A stretch of 64,000 bases of DNA from assembly GCA_965209155.1 (NCBI GenBank), contig OZ242383.1:2272001-2336000 (forward strand), written 5' to 3'. The position numbers and the translations under genes are program-made. Of the stretch, positions 1-10,512 are shown piece by piece. How positions within the stretch are numbered: the first letter of the stretch is position 1; the number at the start of each line of letters is the position of its first letter. The stretch comes from a bacterium (GTDB taxonomy: Bacteria; SAR324; NAC60-12). The notes below the pieces were generated by a model, which searched no databases, was not told the DNA's origin, and was given only the letters and a program-made list of their open reading frames with translations.

Positions 1-551
1 AGATCGTTGCCGATAAAGAAACTCGGTGCGCCAAAACCTCCTCTTTTAACAAAAATTTCGCTGTTTTCAAGCAATTGCTGTTTCACTTCAGGCTGCTGAA
101 TGCCTTGCATGATCTGATATGCCGGCAATGCGGAAGATTCAAGGGCAGCTTGCATCACCATCGCATCATCCATCTTTTTCGGTTCATACCACATATGGCA
201 AAAGACTTCATCCACGTATTTGTCAAAATAGCCATGCATGCCCGCAACAATGGCCCCCCGCATGATTTGCAGCGTATTTACCGGAAAATAAGGATTGAAC
301 TGAAAGTCTTTGATACCATGCTTTTTGATGAAACGCTCTGTTTCCAATTGCATATACGCCAGCTTGTTCTTAACCTCTTTGAAGGCCACCATCGGAGGTT
401 CGTTGTTGGTCAATTTGAATACCCCACCCAGAAGTATTGGGATGTACTCGAACTTTGCGCCAGTGCGTGCTTCAATGGAAGAAATTACCAGATGCGACAA
501 ATAAGCATTGGGACTGCCAAAATCAAAATAAAACTCAATCTTTGATGCCAT
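1..551 (-). CDS. 2-hydroxychromene-2-carboxylate isomerase / DsbA-like (kappa GST) protein, runs off window start
   Basis: Manual translation from ATG at 551: MASKIEFYFDFGSPNAYL...PILLGGVFK...FPVNTLQIMRGA...GGFGAPSFF; motifs FDFxSPxAY and GxFGxPxF. Absent from the ORF track because it is partial. Confidence 0.85.
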   Translation of the reverse strand, partial: MASKIEFYFDFGSPNAYLSHLVISSIEARTGAKFEYIPILLGGVFKLTNNEPPMVAFKEVKNKLAYMQLETERFIKKHGIKDFQFNPYFPVNTLQIMRGAIVAGMHGYFDKYVDEVFCHMWYEPKKMDDAMVMQAALESSALPAYQIMQGIQQPEVKQQLLENSEIFVKRGGFGAPSFFIGND

Positions 552-716
552 GATACTCCTTTGCCGAGTCAACAGGCAGAGCGTTTGTCCGGGCCTTGTT
601 CCGGTCACAAACCTACTAACCTATAGTAACGAAAATTTGCTGAAAGTTTAAAATAGATTATGCAAACAATACATTGAAATATATATAAAATCAAAACGTT
701 GAAATCAAGAAGGAAG

Positions 717-1186
717 GTAACTATTCAGGTATCTTCAGAGAACCCATCGATTCCCCACCTCGACGCTCTTCAAGAAGCCAGTCCACTCTTTGAAAAAGAA
801 CGAGAGCCATGGAAGCAAGAGCGCTTAGCACTCTGATTTACCTCCCTGGCAAAGCGCTTACGATCATGATCGCCATTGGAAAAAACACTGGATTGTGGAG
901 TGAACCTTCGCTTTTTGGCTCATGATCATAAAGAAGCGGATCTCCCTGATTGATAGATTTTTCATTTTTTTTACGAATCCTGCATTTTTTTTTAATTTGG
1001 GTTGACTTTATACTAAAAATATTTATATTGCCAAAATCATACCTTCACTAAGTTGTTTTAGTGAAAGAGAAGGTTCCCGATCGATGGAACAATATCGTGG
1101 GAGGACTTGAAAACGATCGGTCCTCTCCGGGAATCTTTTTTAATGAAATTTAACTGAACGGGTTTTTCAGAGACCTGAATAGTTAC
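717..1186 (+). mobile_element. Internally deleted IS66 derivative (mini-IS, 470 bp)
   Basis: Perfect 14-bp terminal IRs GTAACTATTCAGGT. About 755-830 matches the IS66 transposase 5' region (ALQEA..LFEKERE); 834-1186 matches the reverse complement of 48330-48681. No target site duplication (TSD) seen. Confidence 0.85.
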
Positions 1187-1208
1187 CATTTTTTTTAAGG
1201 AGAATCTT

Positions 1209-3017
1209 ATGATATCGAAAATCGCAATGTTTAATCTAAACAGCAAATCAACCTTCAGTGCAATCCTGCTCACCCTCACCCTGATGGTGGCCGCCCTCTG
1301 GGTCAGCCCGGCAGTCGCGGCTGATAAGAAGATGGTGACGGACCCCGCCACCGGAAAAATGGTGACCGCGCCAGAGTATGGCGGGACCTTGACCTATCCC
1401 TACCATTTAACAAGCGATACTACCGACGTCCGTGACGCCCACTATGCGGTCTGGCTCATCAGTGGCGTTAATGAGACACTCGCTTTGGGGGACTGGGCGC
1501 TGGATAGGGAAAAAGTTGCCTTTAAGAGTAATTACGTCCCTCTACCTGCCTTTACAGCGGGGCTGATGGAGAGCTGGTCGCAGCCCGACCCCGTGACCTA
1601 TATCGTCAAAGTCCGCCAGGACGTTCGCTGGCATAATAAAGCACCGGTGAACGCTCGTGAGCTAACGGCCGACGATGTCGTTTATAACTATCAGCGTAAT
1701 TTGGTTCTGGGCGACTTCACCGAACGTCCCGCCCGGACTTGGGTCTTGTTCAACCTGCCATGGGAATCGATCGAGGCCCCCGACAAATATACGGTTGTTT
1801 TCAAGCTGAAGGAGCCTACCGTTGGTGCGATCAGGGACATCTTCGACGACATGCCGATGTATATCTTACCGCCCGAGGTAATCGAGCAATTTGGCAACTA
1901 CGCGGATTGGAGGAATATGGTCGGTACCGGGCCCATTATGCTGACGGACCATGTCGAAGGCGTCTCCAAAACCTATACCAAGAGTCCTGACTACTGGGGC
2001 TACGACCCAAAATATCCGCAGAACCGCTTGCCCTATATTGACCAGCTTAGGGCCCTGTATATGCCAGAAGGAGCAACACGGATCTCGGCACTACGCACGG
2101 GTAAGGTTGATATAATACATCGAGCTGGCGGCACAGCTATAGGATCCCTCGATGTGATAAGGAGCCTCAAGAGGACCAACCCCAAAATAGAAGTGTGGGG
2201 TTCTACGGGGGCGTCCGATAAGCAATTTGGTCTGAACCTGCACAAGCCACCCTTTGACGATATCCGGGTGCGTCACGCCATGCAAATGGCACTGGACCTT
2301 GAGACGATTAACGAGACCTACTTTGGGGGGTTCTCAAGGTGGAAACCCTCGGGGATCGTAGGGCCTGCCGTCGTGGGATACCACATCACATTTGAAGAGA
2401 TTCCCGCAGAGGTGAAGCAATACTACACGTACGACCCGGAAGGTGCTGAGAAGTTGCTCGAGGAGGCCGGCTATCCGCGCGGCACGGACGGGATTAGACT
2501 CAGGGCCACTCTTGACCAGCGCGACGTCAATGATCTAGGCTATACGGAAATAGCTATCGGCTACTGGGCTGAGATTGGCGTTGAGGTAACGATCAATATC
2601 GTTGACACGGCAACTTTTGTCTCCAAAAGAAACGAGCATACGTACGAGATGATCACAGGCCACCGGGGTTGGGATTTTAGCCCTGCAACGCCGGTGGGCT
2701 GGTATCGCCAGGGACCTGCCACCAAACATCTCAGCGAATACGTGGGCGGAATCGAGACCCCTGAGATGACCGCCGCCTATGATGCCTTTAACGCCGCTAC
2801 TACCATTGAGGAGCAGCAGAGGGCATTTAAATCGTATGATATGGAAACCATAAAGCGGCACAATCAGATATGGGGTCCTGCCGCTCCAAGTTTTCAGGCT
2901 AACCAGCCGTGGGTAAAAGGTTTCAACGGTGAAATTACCCTGCGCCAAGGGACCGAACAGGCCGTGCTCACCTATCTTTGGATTGACCAGGATCTGAAGA
3001 AAGAAATGGGGTTTTAG
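1209..3017 (+). CDS. ABC transporter substrate-binding protein (SBP), family 5 (DppA/OppA-like), copy 1
   Basis: Signal peptide; motifs PEYGGT, ESW, VGTGP, PFDDIRVRHAM, YDPE.A..LL.EAGY. Confidence 0.9.
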   Translation: MISKIAMFNLNSKSTFSAILLTLTLMVAALWVSPAVAADKKMVTDPATGKMVTAPEYGGTLTYPYHLTSDTTDVRDAHYAVWLISGVNETLALGDWALDREKVAFKSNYVPLPAFTAGLMESWSQPDPVTYIVKVRQDVRWHNKAPVNARELTADDVVYNYQRNLVLGDFTERPARTWVLFNLPWESIEAPDKYTVVFKLKEPTVGAIRDIFDDMPMYILPPEVIEQFGNYADWRNMVGTGPIMLTDHVEGVSKTYTKSPDYWGYDPKYPQNRLPYIDQLRALYMPEGATRISALRTGKVDIIHRAGGTAIGSLDVIRSLKRTNPKIEVWGSTGASDKQFGLNLHKPPFDDIRVRHAMQMALDLETINETYFGGFSRWKPSGIVGPAVVGYHITFEEIPAEVKQYYTYDPEGAEKLLEEAGYPRGTDGIRLRATLDQRDVNDLGYTEIAIGYWAEIGVEVTINIVDTATFVSKRNEHTYEMITGHRGWDFSPATPVGWYRQGPATKHLSEYVGGIETPEMTAAYDAFNAATTIEEQQRAFKSYDMETIKRHNQIWGPAAPSFQANQPWVKGFNGEITLRQGTEQAVLTYLWIDQDLKKEMGF

Positions 3018-3121
3018 CGGTTTCACCGATCCCCAAGATAGGGGAGTTGGGCAGCACAGGTTTCCCGGCTCCCTGACTCCTGATTTGGAAAAAGAAAAAC
3101 TAAAATTAATGAGGAGAATTG

Positions 3122-3502
3122 ATGAGTTATCAAGAGGGTTTAATCAAATCACTCAACACAAAAACAGTGGTGCTGGATCCTTGCCCAATCCCTGAAGAGA
3201 TACAAGAAGGATCTCCAACGGCAGCAATAAAAGTATTATGGCAATCTGAAGATAAATCCTGTCTCACTGCTGTTTGGTCTTGTACTGTTGGAAAGTGGGA
3301 AATTGATTGGCAATGGGATGAAACGATGTATTTAATTGAGGGCCAATTGGAACTCATTGATCATTTAGGACATTCTCAAACATTTAATGCCGGTGATTTT
3401 TTTCATGTGAGCAAGGGGGCTAAAACGGTGTGGAATGTAAAACAGCCTCTTAAAAAGATTTTTTATATTCGCGGATACATCCCGAGAGAGCAACAGGAGT
3501 GA
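3122..3502 (+). CDS. Cupin_3/DUF861 (EutQ-like) cupin
   Basis: WSCTVGKW..WDETMYLIEG...AGD...W pattern; AT-richer than its neighbours. Confidence 0.75.
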   Translation: MSYQEGLIKSLNTKTVVLDPCPIPEEIQEGSPTAAIKVLWQSEDKSCLTAVWSCTVGKWEIDWQWDETMYLIEGQLELIDHLGHSQTFNAGDFFHVSKGAKTVWNVKQPLKKIFYIRGYIPREQQE

Positions 3503-3527
3503 AGCAAGAAAAGGGGTTCTGACTGCC

Positions 3528-4487
3528 ATGAGAACGTATATCATCAGGCGACTCTTGCTGCTGATCCCCACCCTGTTTCTCTTGTCCGTCCTGGTCTTTC
3601 TCTCGGTGCGCTTCCTGCCAGGCGATGTCATCGACGTCATGCTGGGGAGGATGGAATGGCAAGCAGCAGGGGGGGTTGACCGTGAAGCTGTCGAGCGAAG
3701 GCTGGGACTGGACGTGCCGGTCTGGGTGCAGTATGGACGCTGGATGGGAGGGATCTTGCTGTACGGCACCCTGGGCAAATCCCTGATGGGGGATTGGCCG
3801 GTAGAGGAGCGGCTTTTCGATCGTTTGCCCGTCACCCTGGAATTGGGCGTCATGGCCATCGTCATCGGACTGGTCATCGCGCTGCCTGTCGGCATTTACT
3901 CGGCGATTCGCCAGGATACAGCCGCGGACTATGTGGGACGCATCCTCGCGATCCTCGGCCTGGCCACGCCGAACTTCTGGCTGGGCATTATGGTCATGAT
4001 CTACCCGGCCATCTGGTGGGGCTGGTCTCCCCCGATGGAACACATGCCTTTTACGGAAGACCCGTGGAGTCACCTGGGGATCCTGGTCATTCCCAGCCTG
4101 ATTCTGGGAACGGCCCTCTCGGCCAGCACCATGCGTCTGACGCGCACCATGATGCTGGAGGTGCTGCGGCAGGACTATATCCGCACCGCCTGGGCCAAGG
4201 GACTCCAGGAGCGGGTCGTCGTGCTGAGACACGCCATCAAAAATGCCCTCATCCCGATCGTCACCCTGGTCGGCTTGCAGTTGCCGCTCGTGGTCGGGGG
4301 CGCTGTCATCATGGAGAACCTATTTAACCTGCCGGGTTTAGGCCGTCTCCTGGTGGATGCCCTCTCGGACCGGGATTACCCGGTGGTCTCCGGGGTCAAC
4401 CTGTTTTTCGCCTGCATCGTTTTGTTGAACAACCTCCTGATCGACCTCCTTTATGCCTATCTGGACCCGAGAGTAAGATATGAGTGA
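3528..4487 (+). CDS. ABC transporter permease (DppB/OppB-like)
   Basis: PGD, RLGLD.P..VQY, QDYIRTA.AKG EAA loop, LDPR end. Confidence 0.92.
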   Translation: MRTYIIRRLLLLIPTLFLLSVLVFLSVRFLPGDVIDVMLGRMEWQAAGGVDREAVERRLGLDVPVWVQYGRWMGGILLYGTLGKSLMGDWPVEERLFDRLPVTLELGVMAIVIGLVIALPVGIYSAIRQDTAADYVGRILAILGLATPNFWLGIMVMIYPAIWWGWSPPMEHMPFTEDPWSHLGILVIPSLILGTALSASTMRLTRTMMLEVLRQDYIRTAWAKGLQERVVVLRHAIKNALIPIVTLVGLQLPLVVGGAVIMENLFNLPGLGRLLVDALSDRDYPVVSGVNLFFACIVLLNNLLIDLLYAYLDPRVRYE

Positions 4488-5417
4488 GCCCAAGCAACAG
4501 AGCCGGCTGATGGATTTCTTCATCAGGCTACTCAAGGAGAAACCCCTCGGGATGCCTGGCGGAGTGATCATCGTGCTCTTGATCGGGATCAGCCTCTTTG
4601 CCGATGCGCTGGCGCCTTATCCTTATGATAAAACCCACTTGAGAGGCCGTGTGCAGGAGGCCTCGGCTCAATATCTCCTTGGCACCGACCACGTCGGGCG
4701 GGACTTATTGAGCTGTCTGATTCACGGGTGCGGATTCCCTTAGGAGTCGGTCTGGCCGCGACCACGCTCAATGTGCTCGTAGCGCTGTTAGTCGGCGGCG
4801 TTTCCGGATTCCTGGGGGGAAAACTGGACCTGGCTGTGCAGAGATTTGTCGATGCCTGGATGGCTTTTCCGGGTCTGCTCCTGTTGTTAACCATCATGTC
4901 CATAGTGGGACGGGGTATACCACAGATAATACTGGTCCTGGGCATCGCCGGAGGCATCGGTGGCTCAAGAGTCGTCAGAGGCGCCGTGATCGGCATTAAA
5001 GAGAATGACTACTTTCTGGCCGCCAGGGCCGTGGGCACCCCCACGAGCCAAATCTTCCTGCGACATGTGCTGCCCAATATTGTGGCGCCGATCATCATCA
5101 TCTTCTCCATCAACATCGGGGGGGTGATTCTGTCTGAGGCCTCTCTGAGCTTCCTGGGATTCGGTCTGCCCATCGGGGTTCCTAGCTGGGGAGTCATGCT
5201 CAGCCAGGAAGGGCGCCAGTTCATGGAGATGGCCCCACGGCTGGCGATCTGGCCGGGGCTGTGCCTGACGATTGTCGTCTACTCCCTCAACATGTTCGGC
5301 GACGCAGTGAGGGACCTGCTTGATCCCAGGCTGAAGGGCGGTCAGGGAAGTTACGGCACCGCGAAGGGGAAACGCAAACGAGGATTCCTCTCCAGACTGC
5401 TCAACCCCTTCTCTTAG
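4480..5417 (+). pseudogene. DppC/OppC-like permease with frameshift near 4728
   Basis: Split ORFs 4480-4743 (GTDHVGRD) and 4728-5417; the paralog at 22411-23355 is intact and one base longer at this point. A sequencing error cannot be excluded. Confidence 0.8.
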
Positions 5418-5558
5418 TGGGATTGACCGTGAATAACTTGTGCAACAGTCAATTCATTGATATTAAACAATATTTATAAGATGACACCTAGCTCACAGTG
5501 TTCGGTTATTATTGCGGCGATGAGTGTGCGCTTCTTGATGGCCAATCGGGAGATAAGA

Positions 5559-5711
5559 ATGAAACGAGATATCGACGAGCATGGATATTGTCTCGTCAAG
5601 GAAGCGCTGACACCGGAACAGCTTGCCGAAGCACGCGAGCGCCTCAGCGAGCAGGCCGCGGCCGAGCGCACTCTCGAGCGGAAGCGCCTCACCTACGCTT
5701 ACCAAACGTAG
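5559..5711 (+). pseudogene. Internally deleted PhyH-family dioxygenase remnant
   Basis: Matches 24059-24170 fused to about 24722-24757 of the intact gene. Confidence 0.8.
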
Positions 5712-5769
5712 CGACCCTGACTAGCGAGCAGGACTAGTGGGAGGTATCGTTTGTGGGGGGCATAGAATT

Positions 5770-6131
5770 TTAGCGAGGATCAGCATCTTTCTCTTGGAGG
5801 AGAGCCCGCAGTCGTTCGACTTCCGCAAGCGCTTTTCTTTTTCTTGTCGCTCTAGTTCTTTTTCTTGTCGTTCTTGTTGGAGGCTTTTCAGGAGGAAGGG
5901 TTGGTAGAGGTGTTCTTTCCCACTCCAAACAAAAGCCCATTCCCAATGCCATGATCTGTCCGATGGGAAAGACCGACAAATACTCTCCAATAAGTGGAAG
6001 AAGCATTGATAGAGGGAGAAGCGTAGAAAATCGGACATGGGCCGGGCGGCGTTCCGCTTTTCCTCCAAGAGGCCATTGTTCCATTCATACTGATTTGACT
6101 TATTTTTCACGACATGTTCTGTGATGGCCAT
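5770..6131 (-). pseudogene. Uma2-like endonuclease remnant with C-terminal ERQEKE coiled-coil repeats
   Basis: YEWNNGLLEEK start, QQERQEKELERQEKEK tail, frame breaks. Confidence 0.5.
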
Positions 6132-6159
6132 GAGTTTCTCCTATTCGTTGGAAAAGTTC

Positions 6160-8853
6160 TCATTGGAAAGGATTGGTTTTGTCAGGGTCAATGGCCAATG
6201 TCTCTCTTGCCTTTTTCAATAAGGGAAGTGGGATTTGCTGAGATTGGTACAAATTTGTCAAAGCCGCCCACACGATATAACTTGTACTCACCTCAAAATA
6301 ATTTCGCAAGACAGGACGTGAATCGCTGATGCCATACCCATCGGTTCCCAGGACGGTGAACGGTTGAGCAATCCAAGGTTTGATGCTGTTGGGCAAGGCT
6401 TTCATATAATCTGAAGCGGCCACCAAGACCCCTTTTTCGTTTTGAAAAATCTGAGCAAGGTAGGGTTTTTTAGGTTTTTCTTGAGGATGAAGCATGTTCC
6501 AGCGTTCTACCGCGAGAGCCTCACGATTCAGTTCGTTATAACTGGTCACGCTCCAAATATCGGTTGCCACACCGTATCCTTCCAAAAGTTTTTGTGCTTC
6601 CAGCACTTGGGTCATGATTGCCCCACTTCCCAAGAGATGAACTTTTTTGTTTGCAGTCGCATCGAGGGGGGAGCGCTGAAAGCAATAAATGCCCTTGAGG
6701 ATGCCTTCTTTTGTGGAAGCCTGATCCGGCATAGCAGGCATTTCGTAATTTTCGTTGCCTACGGTGATGTAGTAAAAGATGTTTTCCTGCTCTTGGTACA
6801 TGCGACGGATACCTTCCTGGATGATCACCGCTAATTCGTAAGCAAAGGCAGGATCGTAGCTCAGCATATTGGGAATCGTATTGGCCACAATATGAGAATG
6901 CCCGTCCTGATGCTGCAAGCCTTCTCCATTGAGCGTGGTCCGTCCGGAGGTGCCCCCCAATAAAAATCCCCGACACAGCATATCCCCACAAGCCCAGATC
7001 ATGTCACCGACCCGCTGGAAACCAAAAATGGAGTAGAAAATATAAAATGGAATCACGGGAACGCCATGATTGGCATAAGCGGTCCCTGCTGCAAGAAAAG
7101 ACGCCATGGCTCCGGTTTCACAGATCCCTTCTTCTAAAATTTGCCCGTCTTCTTTTTCTTGATAAGGGGTCAGACTCTTTTCATCGACAGGATGATATTT
7201 TTGCCCTGCCGGGGAATAGATGCCAAATTCTCGAAACAGGGTCTCCATGCCAAATGTCCGCGCTTCGTCTGGGACAATGGGCACCACATATCGCCCCACC
7301 TCTTTATCTTTTAATAATTTGGACAACAAGCGAACAAAAGCGGTGGTCGTCGAAATCGATCTTCCGGAAGAGCCTGTGAGCAAATCTTGAAACAGTTCAA
7401 GATCGGGAGGACGCAGCACGGGGCAGGCCACGGTACGGGTGGGCAAATACCCCCCCAGTTCCCGACGCCGTTGCTTCAAGTAACGGATTTCTTCACTGTC
7501 TTCCGGGGGTTTGTAGTAGGCCGCTTGGGCCATTTGTTCTTCGGAGATAGGGATGCCAAGCCGTTTTGCGCAGGCAATGCGCTCCTCTGCACTCATCTGC
7601 TTTTTTTGATGCGCCGTGTTTTTGCCTTCTCCGCTTTTGCCCATGCCGTCGCCTTTCATCGTTTTGACCAAGATCACGGTGGGTTTCTCTTTTTCTTGCA
7701 AAGCATTATGGAAGGCGGCAAAAATCTTTTTTGGGTCTTGTCCTCCTCGTTTGATAGAGCGGACTTCCTCATCACTAAGATTGGCCATCAACTGCCGCAA
7801 TTCCGGATTGTTCTCCACCCAGTGTTCTCGAACTGAATCTCCAGGAGATACCGAATACATCTGATAATCGCCATCCAAGGCATCGTCCATGCGTTTCTGG
7901 AGCACGCCCTGGTGATCTTGAGCAAGCAAAGGATCCCAGCCCCCTCCCCAAATGACCTTGATCACTCGCCAACCGGCCCCACGAAAGCTACGCTCCAATT
8001 CTTGAATGATCTTTCCATTGCCTCGAACCGGCCCATCCAAACGTTGTAAATTGCAATTCACCACTAAGATGAGATTGTCCAGCTTTTCTCGAGCAGCAAT
8101 CCCAATGGTGCCCAAAACTTCAGGCTCATCGGTTTCCCCATCGCCAATGAAACTCCAGATGGTGCCTCCATTGTTGGGTTTCAATCGTCGCCTTTCCAAG
8201 TACATGATGAAGCGTGCTTGATAAATGGCAGAAGGGACGGACAACCCCATAGATGCCGAAGGCATTTGCCAGAATTGCGGCATTTGTCGAGGATGAGGAT
8301 AGGAGCACAAACCGGGTTCTTTTTGCAGCTCACGACGAAAATTTTTCAAATGTTCTTCAGTCAACCTGCCTTCTAAAAACGCACGGGCATACGTGCCTGG
8401 CGAGGCATGAGGTTGGACGCTGACCACATCGCCGCCAAAATTTTCGGAGCGATTCCTAAAAAAATGATGGTACCCGACCTCCATCATCGTTGCTGCTGAA
8501 CCGAATGTGGCAATGTGACCTCCCACGCCGGTCCCGCTGTCAAACGCTTGAAGCACCATCGCCATCGCATTCCAACGAATGATGTTTTCGATTTTGGTTT
8601 CGATTTCAATCTCTCCTGGATAGGGCGGTTGTTCTATCAGAGGAATGGTATTGCGATACGGAGTATTCAACACTGCGTCCTCTCCCCCTGCCCCTACGTG
8701 AATCAAATGGTCGTGCAATTGTTTTAAGAGGGCCTGGGCCCGTTCTATGCCATCTTCACGAATCACATACTCCAGAGAATCAATCCATTCTTGACGCTCC
8801 AGTGCATAGATTTCTTCAAGATCCTTCTGTCTTTGTTGAGATGTCGATTCCAT
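6160..8853 (-). CDS. aceE: Homodimeric 2-oxoacid (pyruvate) dehydrogenase E1 (AceE/MdeB-type)
   Basis: GGHIAT, SYPHP, TPP motif GDGETDEPE, NLQRLDGPVRGNGKIIQELE, GRTTLNGEGLQH. Confidence 0.92.
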   Translation of the reverse strand: MESTSQQRQKDLEEIYALERQEWIDSLEYVIREDGIERAQALLKQLHDHLIHVGAGGEDAVLNTPYRNTIPLIEQPPYPGEIEIETKIENIIRWNAMAMVLQAFDSGTGVGGHIATFGSAATMMEVGYHHFFRNRSENFGGDVVSVQPHASPGTYARAFLEGRLTEEHLKNFRRELQKEPGLCSYPHPRQMPQFWQMPSASMGLSVPSAIYQARFIMYLERRRLKPNNGGTIWSFIGDGETDEPEVLGTIGIAAREKLDNLILVVNCNLQRLDGPVRGNGKIIQELERSFRGAGWRVIKVIWGGGWDPLLAQDHQGVLQKRMDDALDGDYQMYSVSPGDSVREHWVENNPELRQLMANLSDEEVRSIKRGGQDPKKIFAAFHNALQEKEKPTVILVKTMKGDGMGKSGEGKNTAHQKKQMSAEERIACAKRLGIPISEEQMAQAAYYKPPEDSEEIRYLKQRRRELGGYLPTRTVACPVLRPPDLELFQDLLTGSSGRSISTTTAFVRLLSKLLKDKEVGRYVVPIVPDEARTFGMETLFREFGIYSPAGQKYHPVDEKSLTPYQEKEDGQILEEGICETGAMASFLAAGTAYANHGVPVIPFYIFYSIFGFQRVGDMIWACGDMLCRGFLLGGTSGRTTLNGEGLQHQDGHSHIVANTIPNMLSYDPAFAYELAVIIQEGIRRMYQEQENIFYYITVGNENYEMPAMPDQASTKEGILKGIYCFQRSPLDATANKKVHLLGSGAIMTQVLEAQKLLEGYGVATDIWSVTSYNELNREALAVERWNMLHPQEKPKKPYLAQIFQNEKGVLVAASDYMKALPNSIKPWIAQPFTVLGTDGYGISDSRPVLRNYFEVSTSYIVWAALTNLYQSQQIPLPLLKKARETLAIDPDKTNPFQ

Positions 8854-8992
8854 AATCTTCCTCCACGAGCAATGAATCTACGAATACTTTTTCACTATAC
8901 TCCACTTTAAGAAAATAATGCTTGCGAATTTGATCAAAAAAATACACATAGACGCAATGATTGACTAAAAATTGCTAGAGAAAAGGAGAATT

Positions 8993-9478
8993 ATGCGAGA
9001 AACATTGGATGCGATTGATTTGGAGATTCTCAAAATTCTGCAAAAAAATGCCCGCATTCCCAATCTCGAATTGTCGGAAAAAGTGGGACTTTCTCCTTCA
9101 CCTTGTTCCCGTCGGGTGAAACAACTGGAGCAAACGAAAACGATTCAGCGGTATGCAACCGTGGTGAATCAGGCCCTTGTGGGGTTGCCGGTGAGTGTTT
9201 TTGTCAATGTGACCCTGGACAAACAGGTGAGAGAAAATTTGGAGATCTTTGAAAACGCTGTGCAACAGTACCCGGAAGTCATGGAATGCTATTTGATGAC
9301 AGGGGATGCTGACTATCTTCTGCGAGTCGTGGTTCCGAACCTGGATGCCTATCACAAATTCTTACTGGACCGTCTGACCAAAATTCCTTGTGTGGCCAAC
9401 ATCAAGTCCAGTTTTTCCCTCAAGCAAGTGAGCTACCGCACCGAACTGCCGCTTCACTTAGACACTCAGGGCAAATAA
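8993..9478 (+). CDS. Lrp/AsnC family regulator, divergent from E1
   Basis: LDAIDLEILKILQKNARI...VGLSPSPC.RRVK; ECYLMTGDADYLLRV; RBS AAGGAG. Confidence 0.93.
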   Translation: MRETLDAIDLEILKILQKNARIPNLELSEKVGLSPSPCSRRVKQLEQTKTIQRYATVVNQALVGLPVSVFVNVTLDKQVRENLEIFENAVQQYPEVMECYLMTGDADYLLRVVVPNLDAYHKFLLDRLTKIPCVANIKSSFSLKQVSYRTELPLHLDTQGK

Positions 9479-9606
9479 GCTAAATCTCAATGTAACTATT
9501 TGGACGGATTTTGATTGGAGCTGTAGTGAACCCATCAAGTGACTTGGTAAGGTTTGATTTTTCCAATTTTTTTTTTGTAAGAGAGATCACAAACGATTTT
9601 TTAAAC

Positions 9607-10077
9607 TCAGAATATCACGAAGCGGCCAAATGGTGATCTGGTCACTAACAGGGTTTGTTGCCAGTCTGTTCCTGTCTCTTCCAGGTCAAATCCTGTCAAC
9701 TCTACAAACTCTACACGACCTGCCAAAGTCTCAGAGACATTTTTAATGATATGGGGAGACGCACTCCCCAAGATCAAAAAACAAGCTTTGTTTGTCGGTT
9801 GATCTACCAAAACTCGCAATACTGAAAACAATTCAGGCTTGTTCTGAATTTCATCTAAGATCACCAATCCCTGATGAGAATTCAGCATCATTTCCGGATT
9901 TTGAAGACGGATCAAAGCTGGTTGTGATTCCAAATCATAATAAGCAGCCAATTCCTTTTCACCACACCATCGAGCCAAGGTTGTTTTACCACACTGACGA
10001 GGCCCTAAAAGAGCAACGACTGGTGATCGTTTTGATGCTTGGGAAAGTTGCTGGGCATATCTTTTTCGTTCAATCAT
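9607..10077 (-). pseudogene. AAA_14/DUF4143 ATPase, C-terminally truncated
   Basis: GPRQCGKTT, ILDEIQ, LGSAS, ETLAGR; only 156 aa. Confidence 0.8.
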
Positions 10078-10087
10078 CGCATCAGTT

Positions 10088-10128
10088 TACCATGAATATT
10101 CGGAATGTAAATCCGAATATTCATGGTA
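10088..10128. promoter_or_regulatory. 17-bp perfect inverted repeat immediately upstream of the AAA_14 gene
   Basis: TACCATGAATATTCGGA-atgtaaa-TCCGAATATTCATGGTA. Confidence 0.6.
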
Positions 10129-10512
10129 GACGCGAGTCTGTAATGAGAAAGGAAGGAAAGAGGGGTGCCATCTTCCAATCCGCTGGTTTTAGATCCCACG
10201 ACAATGATCATGAACAATTATTTCAAATGTTGTAAAAAAAGGTAGAGTAGCAGACAGGTTTCGCTCTTTCCACTCTATGACTTCAACTGAAAGCCCATAA
10301 TCTAAAACGAGCATGTCTCCATGCTGCTTAGTGGATTCAAGCCCGGAATGGAAATTTTTATATCTCCGGGATTCGGCCATCCACCAGACAAACAATTCCG
10401 TTGACAGAATGCTTTCTATTTGTTTACTATTCATTCGCTTAATCAATACGATCCAGCTGCTAACGTTTCAGAGGGATTGCTTTCTATTTACTTTCTCAAT
10501 AAGGCTAGAGTC

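Noticed and set aside
75..545. 156-aa plus-strand ORF
   Set aside because: Shadow of the minus-strand HCCA isomerase gene
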